A stretch of DNA of 63,761 bases, counting the filler, from Lenisia limosa (lineage: Eukaryota > Protista > Breviatea), in assembly GCA_001655205.1 (NCBI GenBank). It is 6 parts of 6 records of this genome, joined end to end, with 100 filler letters (N's around TTAATTAATTAA, not from the genome) between each part and the next. Parts side by side here need not be neighbours in the genome. Positions count along the whole stretch, not along the records: positions 53,253 to 59,619 come from LPNZ01000050.1; positions 59,720 to 61,468 come from LPNZ01000775.1; positions 61,569 to 63,761 come from LPNZ01007277.1; 3 more parts are not named here. One strand, given 5' to 3'. The translations under genes were made by a program, and so were the position numbers. The notes under the pieces were generated by a model. The model was not told the DNA's origin. It did no database searches and saw only the letters and a program-made list of their open reading frames with translations. This document shows, in pieces, positions 53,311-63,761 of this stretch (its first letter is position 1; the number at the start of each line of letters is the position of its first letter).

Positions 53311-56300
53311 TTGAGAAACAATCCGTTGGTGACCCAATTCCAGAATTCAGAACCCCAACACGCGGACTTCTCAACCCAGGCAGAATTAGATTCTCCTAAC
53401 GCTGAAACGTTCAAATCTAAAGTTGGGATCTCACTTCTTCTTGGCGTTTGGTAAAATGATATGTTCATAGCACATCAAATCCAATCCTAGATCATGTTTC
53501 ACTGTGATTTATTTATGCCTTAGGCTCTTGAGCTGCGCAATGCGACTGAAAATCTGATGAAGAAACTCCAAAACATCTCAGAATGGAATAGTATGTTTGG
53601 ATTGTGACCAAATTAACTCAAGTTACAATATTGCCGTTTTATTTGTCTATATTAGATGTAATATTTTACTATTAGGACTATGTAATTATTTTGAAGAAAT
53701 TAATTAACAGAAATGGTAATTCAAGTTTCTGAACTAAAGTTTTCCACTTCAAATTTTGAAACTAATTTGTCAATTAATTGCAGGGACTCCTTATCAATAC
53801 CTTTTCTTGTTTCACCTTGCAGCCCCCAACGTCAGTCATATTGCTCCTGAGTCCCCCCCTGTGGATTCTAATGTTTACTGTAAGCAGGGTTGAGCGGTTT
53901 TATTTTGTTGGTCCGTCCAGTTGCCTTATTTTATCTTCATACATGTATAAGTAGGGCTTCACTTTGGTTCGAGTACAGACTGGGTATCTCGACAAATCCT
54001 CGAAAACTATCGATAATTTGTGATATTTTCACATCAATTAACTATTTAATCAGTTTCTTGTTTCTGACTTCACAGCACCCCAAGGGTTGGAAGCTATGGA
54101 AGATGACCTAAACTTCATGAAGGGCGCTCCCCGATGTATGCACAAGCTCTTCGAGAAAGTGAAAACACATTGGCTGGTTTAAACAACCATCAATATCCTT
54201 TATCAGCAAAGTGATTTTATTGCTGTTTTCACCTGATACAATCGCTTCTCTTATTTCACTGTTCAATATCATATTACATTAAAGCAGGCACAGTTTTGAA
54301 TATATTTTTTTTATTTGACAAAAGAATAAGATGGATTCGCCCTCTTGCACCTTACCCATTCAGCAAAACCCTATGCCACCGTACCTCTTCGGACGGAAGT
54401 GGACAGAGAACCCGTTGCTCCGTCCATGGCAACCGAACCAAGCTTCCGACAGCCGAGACCTAAGGCGTTCAGAGGCACCACATCTACACCAAGCTCGCCT
54501 GCTGGTTGGCCTGGCTGTTCTTGCTCATCAACAGGCTGGAATAACCAGTGTGAAAGATGTATGATATGATATGATATGATATGATATGATATGATATGAT
54601 ATGATGTGATATGATATGATATGATATGATGTGATGTGATATGTGTCTCATGGACTCTCTTTTTGAAGAGATTCGTTTCTCTCACACCTCTCAGTTGATT
54701 CTGGCGCAAGAGTTGTCAGCCCATCATCATTGAGTGAACCGTCATGCGTCATAGAGGAGTGTGTGGAATTTGTGTTTAAGAAAAAAAGGGTATATATTTG
54801 TAAAAAAAACGAGTGAATAATAAATTCAAAAATATATTCAAGTTAGCTTTCTTAACCCTCCAGAATCCCTATCCCGCCATTCACACCGCCACCTTCAATG
54901 GACCACCCTGCTGCGGACGACCCTATCACCACATTCGAAAGGCAAGAAAGCTCCCGCGTGGCAGCATTTTCCAACCTTGGCGCCACGTCACCGCATCGGC
55001 AATGGCCCTCCGAAGCCGGACCGGTCGGTGTCACCGCGGATCCCCACTGGACCAAACTCGAGCGTGACGTTGCTGAAGTTGAGTATGAAGGTGATGAAGA
55101 TGACATTTTTTCGCCGCCCGGGTCCCCGGGTCTCCCCATTCCACCCCCAGGCCAAACTGGTGGCTATCGCGCGCCGGATGAAAATGCCGACAATGACGTC
55201 ATTCCTGATAAGACGGACGCAGAGCCTTTTGCCGCTCCTGCCGTGGATCAATCCGCTTGGGCCGGGCAAACCTACGACAAACTGGTTGCTTCCATTTCCG
55301 ACAGCTCCATGAGCGAAGAGGAGCAGTCCATTCTTTCTGAGCCTGACACTGATTCATCCGCTCTCGGACGTTTACAGACATACAGCGATGAGAGGCATTC
55401 GTGGCTGGAATCACAGAAGTACAAACAGGAGCATGGAACAGTCGAAAGTGTTCTCTCCGTCACCGCTCCAGTGCATTCAGAAATGGATGACGAGCTAAAG
55501 CAGTTGCGGAAGGAAGTCGAAGAAGCTAATGCCGCAGAAGAGGAGCGCTATCTCCAAGAGGTCGAGGCTGACAGGTTTGGCGGAGATTGTACCAGCGTTA
55601 TTCCAATGATATGTATATCTCATAAATGCATATCATATGTACTTAGTGAATATCATCTTATCGGGGGCGCCCACATCTTACTACTCCTACAATAAGCACT
55701 AAAAAAAGTGCAACATACATTTAGTATTAAATATTATATTATATTTGATCACAGTATCTTGACACAAAATCCAAATCATCTCGAGAAGAAGATGTAAACA
55801 AAACATACCCTCGCATAGTCCTTGACTATTCAGACAACGACACGCCGAAGCAGAAAAGCAGCGTCTTCTTCAGGAAATCGAGGATGAAGAGCTGGAGCAG
55901 CAGCGCAAGGTCGAGGCCGCCCTGCTGGCTGCCGAGGAGGAGGAACGCCTCCAGCGCCTTGCTGACGAGGAGGAGCTGAAACGCCTTGAAAACGACAGAC
56001 TGGAGACAGAAAGGCTCGAGAAGGAGGCGCAAGAAGAGGTCGCTATCTCAGAGGATAAGCCAGACCAGGTCGCTCTTGATATCGAACAAATGATCCACGA
56101 CAAGGAAGCCATCTTGCGTGCCGAGATTGAAGCTAGATTGGAAGCTGAAGCTACCAACAGGCGCCAGCGCGAGGACGAATTGCGCGAAGAGATCATGGTA
56201 CGCCTCCAGAAGGAGAGCGAAGAGCGCATGGCCCGGCAGTTGGCTGCGTTGGAGGAGGAAAAGGACGCCATGATTGCGCGTGAGGTCGAGCGCCGTTTGC

Positions 56301-59300
56301 GTGATGCTGTGGCTGATCAACTTGGAGAGGAACGCATGAAGGTCCAACAATCTGAGGCTGAAATCAAGGCTCGTGAGGCTGATGTTTTGCGCCAACAGAC
56401 CCTTTTGGAGGACCAAAGACGCGAAGCTGAAGAACAACGGGTTTCTGATGCGCGTGCGCGTGAAGAGGCGTTGTTGGCGTTGGCCGAGCGCGAAGCCCTA
56501 GAAAAACAACGCATTAAATCTAATGAGCAAGCAGTCCAGAAGCTCACCGAAGAGGAAAGGAAGCTTCAGGAGCAAGAAAACGACCTCAGAGCCCAGATCG
56601 AGGCCCTCCAGAAGGAAAAGGAGGAGATGCGTTTGGCCGAAGAGAAGCGAATCGAAGAACTTCGGAAGCGTGAAGAAGAACAAAAAGAAATCGAGCGGCA
56701 AGCTGCACTCGAAAGAGAAGCCAAGGCAAAGGAGCTTTTGGAACAAAAGGAGAAGCTTATTGAAGAAGAGCGCAAGATCCATCAGTATGAGCTTGAGCGC
56801 CACGAAGCGAACAGAGCCGAAGAGGCTCGCCTCAAGGAGGAAAAGCTTCAGATGATGGTCCAACTCGAAGCCATGAAATCTGAGGCAATTGCTGCAGCCC
56901 TTGGTCCACCTCCTTCATTGGGCTCCGTCGCGACGGCTTCAAGTGAAGACCAGTTCTCTGTTGATGACGTGGGGTCACGCACTCCTTCTCCTAGATCGCC
57001 TCGATCACCGGTTTCACCTCGAACGCCCGTCTCCCCAAAGTCTCCATATTCTCCACGGAGTATTGCATCATCCCGGTCTTCACCGCGCTACTTCTCGCGG
57101 TCGCCGACACCACAGTCCCCTGGAACGCCGGAGTCCAGACACACCTACGGCGATAGCTTTGAGGCGTCCACCACACGCACTGACGCCTCTGTTGACGACT
57201 CCTATGGTACGTCATTTGAAGCCGACAGCATTGTCGCGTCTATGGTGGATAGTCACGTGAGTGTTGGAGACTCGCTGATCACTTCCGAGGTTGTTTCGGA
57301 CAGTTTCGAGGCAGATACTTCCGCTGTTGAATCCGTTGTGGACTCTGTGGACAGTGTTGTTGAGGTTGAAGAGGACTCTCTCATTGCGGCTGTTGAAGAG
57401 TCTCGAAGTGAAGATGAAAGCTTCCAGAGTGATGAGGATAAGTTTGAAAGCGAGTCCATGGCCTCTTTTGAAGCCGACAGCTCAGTGGCTGACTCAGTAG
57501 TGGAGTCCATCGTTGACGAGGTTGAGGATGACTCACTACTCTCCGAGGCGGAAGAACAGCTTGACGAGGGCGATATTGGCAGTGATGTGGTAAAACCAGC
57601 ACATCAAGACGAAGAAGATAAGTTTGAGGAATCAGTAGCAAACGTCTCTATTACTGAATCTGTTGAAGAGTCTCTTGCTGATGAAGTGGAGGAAGATTCC
57701 ATTATTGCTGAAGAGTCAGAAGAAGAGAAGGTGGAGGAAGATGAGAGGAAAGAAGAAATGAGGAAAGAAGAAAAGTCTGAAGAAGAAAAGTTTGAAGAGG
57801 AGTCAATTTCCAGTTCTATTATTGAATCTGTGGAAGAGTCTATTGCTGATGAAGTTGATGATGATTCCATTATTGCTGAAGAGTCAGAAGAAGAGAAGGT
57901 GGAGGAAAATGAGAGGAAAGAAGAAAAGGGAGAAGAAGAGATGAAACAGGCTAAAGAAGAAGACATCCATGTTGGAGGAAAGATTGAGGAAGAACCATTT
58001 GAAGAGGATCAGTTTGAAGAGGAATCAGAAGGAAACGTCTCTATTACGGAATCTGTTGAAGAGTCTATTGCTGATGAAGTTGATGATGGTTCTATTATTG
58101 CTGCTGAAGAATCTGAAGAAGAAAAGTTTGAAGTTGAAGAAGAAAAAGTTGAAGAAGAAGAGAAACAAGTTGAAGAAGAGAGGTTCAAAGAAGAGAAACA
58201 AGTTGAAGAAGATAAGTTCGAAGAAGATACTTTTGAAGAAGATAAATTTGAAGAGGAATCAATAGCGACAGAATCTGTTGAAGAGTCTATAACTGAATCG
58301 GTTGAAGATGATTCCATAATTGCTGCTGAGGAAGAAGAAGAGAAGGATGAGGAGAAGATTGTGGAAACAGGTGAAGAAGAAAGAAGGAAGGAAGCGGAAG
58401 AAGCGGTTGAAAAGAAAGAAGAAGACAAAGAAGAGATGATAGAGAAGGATGAGGAAGATTTTGGTGATGACTTTGAAGAAGATGACAAGTCTCAAGAGTC
58501 TCAAGAGATAGAAGAAATCGAAGAAGTTGAGTCTGTTTCAGAAGAATCGGAGAAGAACCCACTTGTCGTGTCTTCCAGTGATGAAGGACTTGATATTATC
58601 CCACCAAAGAGTCGTGATGAGTGTTTGGATGGCTATAATCTGTCAGCAGGACTGCTGGAAGAGCCAAACAGTGAGAGTGAGGAAGACCAGCGCCCTCGTG
58701 ACGATGAAGACAGCATGTCAAACGTCACCATGAACACTGAAGATTTGGAGGTTGCCCAGGAAGAAGAGGTTTGTTGGATAATCAGTGCCTTATGAGTGTC
58801 AACGCCTTTGACACACATAGGTATTAAGACGCAAGAGAGACACCGCTGCTGACATTTCCGACGCCCTGATGGGTGGTTTGCTAAACGATGCTATCAAAGC
58901 TATGACAAATGTGGGTGAAGGTCATATTCCTTGGTGTTGATCTTCTCCTACATGCAGTGACCGGGATAAGTCTTGACCGATTTGCGATGTGATTTCCGAA
59001 GGAAAATAAATCAAGACTTATCACTGTCACTGTATATTTTTCTCATTGGTAATAATCAGTTTTTCTGTTTTCCAATTTCTCTTTTCTCACTTATCAGATT
59101 TATCACTCACGCGAAGTTTCCGCACAGATGTATCCCCCAACTAACACATACCACTACGCTGAGTGGCTGGTCAGAAACATAATGAAAGAAGCTGGGCCCT
59201 TGGAAGAGTGGTTTACCTACCACAAACCTGGTACTAACCTTGAGGACACTTGTGTATGTGGAAATTCCAAAAAAAATTTATATTTTTTTTTTTTCAATAA

Positions 59301-59603
59301 TTGACCGATATGTCTCTTTGAGACTTTGATTTTTTTTTTATCACTTCAACTTTCAAGTCTTTTATCTCCCAGCCTACCCAGCCTGGGCTTTGTCTGTGTT
59401 GATATTTCCAACCCTTGTGTGTTTCTAGCCAACAGACTTGATTTTGGGCCTGTTTTTTTTTTTTTGTTTATTTCATAAATTTTCCAAATTTACTCCTGCA
59501 GCCTGCCCACGCCATTCCCCGCATTGTCTTCGATACCTTCGAGCATAAGCGACTGCAAGGGAAGGCACCGCTTTTCCAAGGTGGGACTTTTGTTTCGACT
59601 GGA
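53311..59603 (+). CDS. Very large coiled-coil / acidic-repeat protein (partial at both ends); weak CEP350-like architecture
   Basis: Exons 54864-55574 and 55834-58768 (2.9 kb) encode an E/R/K coiled coil, an SP-rich hinge and acidic repeats; a later exon encodes RKRDTAADISDALMGGLLNDAIKAM. Confidence 0.8.
53952..54019 (+). mobile_element. Truncated second copy of the hAT-type MITE (intronic)
   Basis: TAGGGCTTCACTTTGGTTCGAGTACAGACTGGGTATCTCGACAAATCCTCGAAAACTATCGATAATTT aligns with 18453-18520. Confidence 0.8.
54559..54643. repeat. (ATATG)n microsatellite starting at a splice donor
   Basis: GTATGATATGATATG... about 16 units with a few GTGAT variants. Confidence 0.95.
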
Positions 59604-59663
59604 GTCTGGGGGGGGGGGGNNNNNNNNNNNNNNNNNNNNNNNNNNNNNNNNNNNNNNNNNNNN

Positions 59664-59675
59664 TTAATTAATTAA
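59664..59675. other. Artificial contig spacer TTAATTAATTAA
   Basis: Same linker inside an N run. Confidence 0.95.
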
Positions 59676-60078
59676 NNNNNNNNNNNNNNNNNNNNNNNNN
59701 NNNNNNNNNNNNNNNNNNNCCCCCCCCCCCCAGCTGGTCACAAGACGCTGATATCGCCAAGCAGCCCCACCATGGCCATCCTAACGAGTTCCAATACGAA
59801 TGGCAAGTCATGAATTTTGCTGTCATCTAATGCGTGTGTCTTGATTGGCTCTTGATGCATGGTTGATTATTATTATGGAATGTTGGATTTCTGGTAACAT
59901 AACTATATTTATGATATCTATAGTAATATATTCTATGGTGGTTTTCTACTTTGTACTATTTAGCATTAATATCCGATCACCCCTGCGCTCCTTATTCCTT
60001 CACAACGAGTTAATCGGTTCTTGGTTGATGCAAGGGAAGTTAGATTTTTGGGAACTCATCTCCATGCACATTGGCAAA

Positions 60079-60362
60079 AGAAGAGCGACGAGCCACGGAA
60101 ACGCATGTGCCCAATTATAATCAATATCTGGGAATAGTTATAATGGTGAGAGTCTAGAATATTGATCTACCCCAGTTGTGCAACAATATGTCAACTAGTT
60201 ACAGAAGAGCAAGAGCCACGAAAACAGAGGCAATCGTGCCCAATAATGAATTAATATTATCTGGGAATAATAATTGTGGGAGTCTGAATATCAAATTATG
60301 TTTTTTATAGAGAGCGAAATAAGGAGGACGGCGAAAAGAGCCACGGGATTAGAGGCAATCAC
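60079..60362. repeat. Three degenerate ~125-bp tandem repeats (third partial)
   Basis: AAGAGCCACG...GTGCCCAAT...ATATCTGGGAATA...GAGTCT(A)GAAT starting near 60079 and 60203; AAGAGCCACGG...GAGGCAATC near 60336. Confidence 0.75.
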
Positions 60363-60431
60363 AGTGGAAAAAATATCATATCGGATTTCATTTATTGAGA
60401 ATTAAAAACAGATTCAAGACTGACCACCTCA

Positions 60432-61330
60432 GGTTGCTGCTAAGGGTGAAACCAAATGCCGCAACTCCATTGCTGACAAGATTACTATCGTGGACTCTCC
60501 CGTTGTATGTAACAAGAATGGGCTACTTACTACAGGAGCAAAAATAAAATGAATTCACAAAATGGCCAAGGTTATATGTGTGTTTATTACATCCGATTCT
60601 TCCCAGCTTAATCTTACATTCCTCAATGAACTTAATAGTGTCATCACCTTCTCTGCTGCTGTTGTTGCCCAAGCTCTTCTTCTTATTGCTATGTACTGCT
60701 GGACACGTTGCGGAGTGATTGGGAATACCAATTTCCGTTATCTTGGAAGAACTTTGATTTTTAGCAGAGAACGAACTGATTTTAACACGTAGTCACGAAC
60801 TTTACATCCGAAATTTACATCATTTCCAACTTTTTACATTATACTATAATATTGCATAGAGAAATAAAAAATAAGAGTGTAATTGCGGATTATAATATAA
60901 TTAATTCACCCAATCATTTGCCTTACAACTCGGTGCACAACTTTCTGCGTGCCTCACCAGAGCAATGAAAAATAATAGCAGTATAGCACGAACATTTATC
61001 TTTACGAACAATTTTATTATTATGAACTTTTACATTATTACGAACTCATTTATCGCTATATATCTAATGCAGAATCAAAAATACTAGTAGTATGATATGT
61101 AGACGCCTCTTGTAAAGAAGGAAAAAACTACCATAAATAAGAAACATAGCACCAAAACAGCCACATTAGAATGTCTGGTTGCCATTAGGGTTAAGAAGGC
61201 TCTTAGATGGCCCGCCTCCGGACCTTCCCGTCATTTTGTCGATACCCGCCGAGAAGGCTGCAAATCCAGCACATCCTGCGACCATACCAGAGGGGCCAGC
61301 TGAAGCAATGAAAATGAAATTTTGGAATAT
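60432..61330 (+). CDS. Fragment of an unidentified gene
   Basis: GT-AG exons VAAKGETKCRNSIADKITIVDSPV; LNLTFLNELNSVITFSAAVVAQALLLIA; DGPPPDLPVILSIPAEKAANP. Confidence 0.3.
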
Positions 61331-61512
61331 TGAAGGTTTTTGAACTTGTTGAATGCAAGGAACTATGAATGCAAGAAGAATAGTAAATGAATAAAAAGAT
61401 GTGGATGGATAATTGAAAGTCCATTTTTACCTCCTTAGTACCTTTACGCCAATATTCTTCATCGCAATNNNNNNNNNNNNNNNNNNNNNNNNNNNNNNNN
61501 NNNNNNNNNNNN

Positions 61513-61524
61513 TTAATTAATTAA
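61513..61524. other. Artificial contig spacer TTAATTAATTAA
   Basis: Same linker inside an N run. Confidence 0.95.
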
Positions 61525-61719
61525 NNNNNNNNNNNNNNNNNNNNNNNNNNNNNNNNNNNNNNNNNNNNAAATTTTGGATATTTCCCCCTCAACTACGTCA
61601 ACATTGTTGATCTAATTGAGGTTTACCCTCTTTCAATATTTCCTTTGAATGAATTGACTACCTCGTGTTCAAGTAATTTTAGAAATTGTGGGTACAACAC
61701 CCAGTAATCAAGTCAGGTC

Positions 61720-63040
61720 TGTCACAATGACGATACTAAGGCTTCGCTGAATACCACTATCATGGCGGTGGNNNNNNNNNNNNNNNNNNNNNNNNNNNNN
61801 NNNNNNNNNNNNNNNNNNNNNNNNNNNNNNNNNNNNNNNNNNNNNNNNNNNNNNNNNNNNNNNNNNNNNNNNNNNNNNNNNNNNNNNNNNNNNNNNNNNN
61901 NNNNNNNNNNNNNNNNNNNNNNNNNNNNNNNNNNNNNNNNAGACATGTCATGGTCACGAATCTAAATTTCCAGATTGACGGGTCCGACTCCAGAGATCGC
62001 TGGGAAGACAAGACGCCCTTCTTTGGCGCTGCCGACAACACAATCATCTCTAACAAGAAGAGAAGGTTTGCAGTATGATAATTTTTATTACACATGTTAC
62101 ATAGGGTGCTCCTGTTTTACTAGTTATACCTCTAACCCATTCAGTCCCATCTGCACCGCTTTCAACGCTGACAGTGGTTGCCCCAAGCCAAACTGTGGGC
62201 AGCGGCACGTGTAAAAAGGCTTGGCATTCGGTTAAATCTTGTCCAAGAAGAACCTTGGACACATAAGTCTGGATAAATGCATCAGTTTTGAGCTGTCAAG
62301 TGTTTAACAATTTGTATTAATTGTCATGCGAGATACTAAATTGGGATCAACTGAAGATCTACAGATACGGTGCATATTATGGGAATTAAGTGATTGCTGT
62401 CTCCAATAAAAGATCCAACCCTATAATATAGGGCCTCGTGAGACAAAAGACCGTTCTCTATCTGTCTCTATGCTACGATGCATATCTGATAATCAGTCAT
62501 AATGGTGTGTTATATGTCATACAACAGACTTTTTCACCCCCCCCCCCCTCNNNNNNNNNNNNNNNNNNNNNNNNNNNNNNNNNNNNNNNNNNNNNNNNNN
62601 NNNNNNNNNNNNNNNNNNNNNNNNNNNNNNNNNNNNNNNNNNNNNNNNNNAGGCAAAACGCACCAATGTCGTCCCTCTTACAATCCCCGAGCGAGCTAAG
62701 CTCATCAAGGATACCATTGAGAAGGTGTGAAAAGAGTCAATTTTTGCTTGGTACTGTGCACTTGATGCTGTTCATATTCCTATTCATTCTCAAATCACAA
62801 AGATTTTGCATTCTATTACTGGATGAAGTGTTTGCTCGCAGTTTAACTTTACTCAATACAAGGTATCAATTTATAATCTAGGAGCACAAAGCCAAGTTGG
62901 AGCGAGCGTGTTGCCACCCATGCCGCTGCCAAGAAGGTCAGAGCTCGAGGCACAGCTGTCCCCAAGGCTACTGCCCCAAGACTGCCCCCAAGCGCCGCAC
63001 TCCTGCTGGTAGAAATGCCAAGAAGGCCCGAAAGGCCTAA
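61720..63040 (+). CDS. 5'-incomplete gene with a CCCH zinc finger and a basic Lys/Ala/Pro-rich C-terminus
   Basis: Exon 62145-62208 encodes CTAFNADSGCPKPNCGQRH (C-x8-C-x4-C-x3-H); last exon ends KTAPKRRTPAGRNAKKARKA-TAA (63040). Gaps interrupt the model. Confidence 0.5.
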
Positions 63041-63761
63041 TGTATCATTTTTCTGTGTCTGTTTCACCATTCTTAAGAAATAGAGTTTTTCTTTTTTCCA
63101 AATAGGAAACATTACCTTGTATCGATGATATTTACCATTCCTTATTGTTGAATATTGCAATTATAGAATGATGTTTTAGTTCATTTTTTAAGTAAGGTGA
63201 AGTGAGGATATGAGCAATTGGAAAATAACTTAAAAGACGAAAATGAAGAGAAAAAAAAAGAAGAAAAAACACACACAAAAAAAAAAAAAAAAAAAAANNN
63301 NNNNNNNNNNNNNNNNNNNNNNNNNNNNNNNNNNNNNNNNNNNNNGGACTCATACATGTATATATATTTGCTACACACTTCCCAACTCTTCGTAAAAAAA
63401 AAACGAAACAACGTTAACAGTTTAAAAGATTATTACCCTCTCCAATGCCGTTTTCATGCCACATTTGATCGATTCAGTCTTCTAAAGAGTAATCAATTCG
63501 GTAACAAACATGATGGGTTTGGAACGAACATTGGATTCTTGGGAAGATAAAAAGGTAAATGGAGCTAACGAGCTTTTTGCGGCCGCGAAGACGGGGCAAA
63601 CACTAATCCTAATTTCAGACATTACAAATTCACGAACTGGAAACGAACGGGAAGGAACTGAACTCTTCGTTGTTTTTTTATCAAATTAAGCTCTTTGGAC
63701 ACCTCCTTTTTGATTTTAGGCATCGTGAAATCATATCATATACATATCAATACTATATACT

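Noticed and set aside
56317-58504. Long antisense and alternate-frame ORFs (Ser/Phe/Leu-rich) overlapping the acidic exon
   Set aside because: Expected shadow ORFs of GAA/GAG-rich coding sequence.
62650-63040. Ribosomal protein (L24/L14-type) C-terminus
   Set aside because: Only compositional K/A similarity; upstream exons lack ribosomal protein motifs and include a CCCH finger.

Overview
Intron-rich eukaryotic (probably unicellular/protist) genomic DNA in the standard genetic code. It consists of about six contigs joined by artificial 44N-TTAATTAATTAA-44N spacers, plus many internal gaps next to G/C homopolymers. The ORF track is mostly uninformative because exons are short, so I reconstructed genes by hand from GT-AG splicing. 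Recognisable genes: a Patched-family sterol-sensing protein, a divergent Rab-like GTPase resembling IFT22/RABL5 head-to-head with CPSF160 (truncated), an MPPE1/Cdc1-like metallophosphoesterase fragment, a peroxisomal glycolate oxidase ending in AKL, an intron-containing tRNA-Tyr, katanin p60 (truncated), a giant coiled-coil/acidic-repeat protein and a CCCH finger protein. A large type I membrane protein has an unusual architecture: signal peptide, beta-rich region, five Stig1/myxobacterial-type Cys repeats, four sushi-like domains and a TM helix. Several orphan genes and at least three MITE-like families are present, one with a perfect 8-bp TSD. The most striking non-annotated pattern is that many introns have complementary ends (5' G/purine tracts, 3' C/pyrimidine tracts, sometimes near-perfect terminal inverted repeats). 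No prokaryotic defence system, CRISPR array or autonomous transposon is visible. All exon coordinates are manual estimates.
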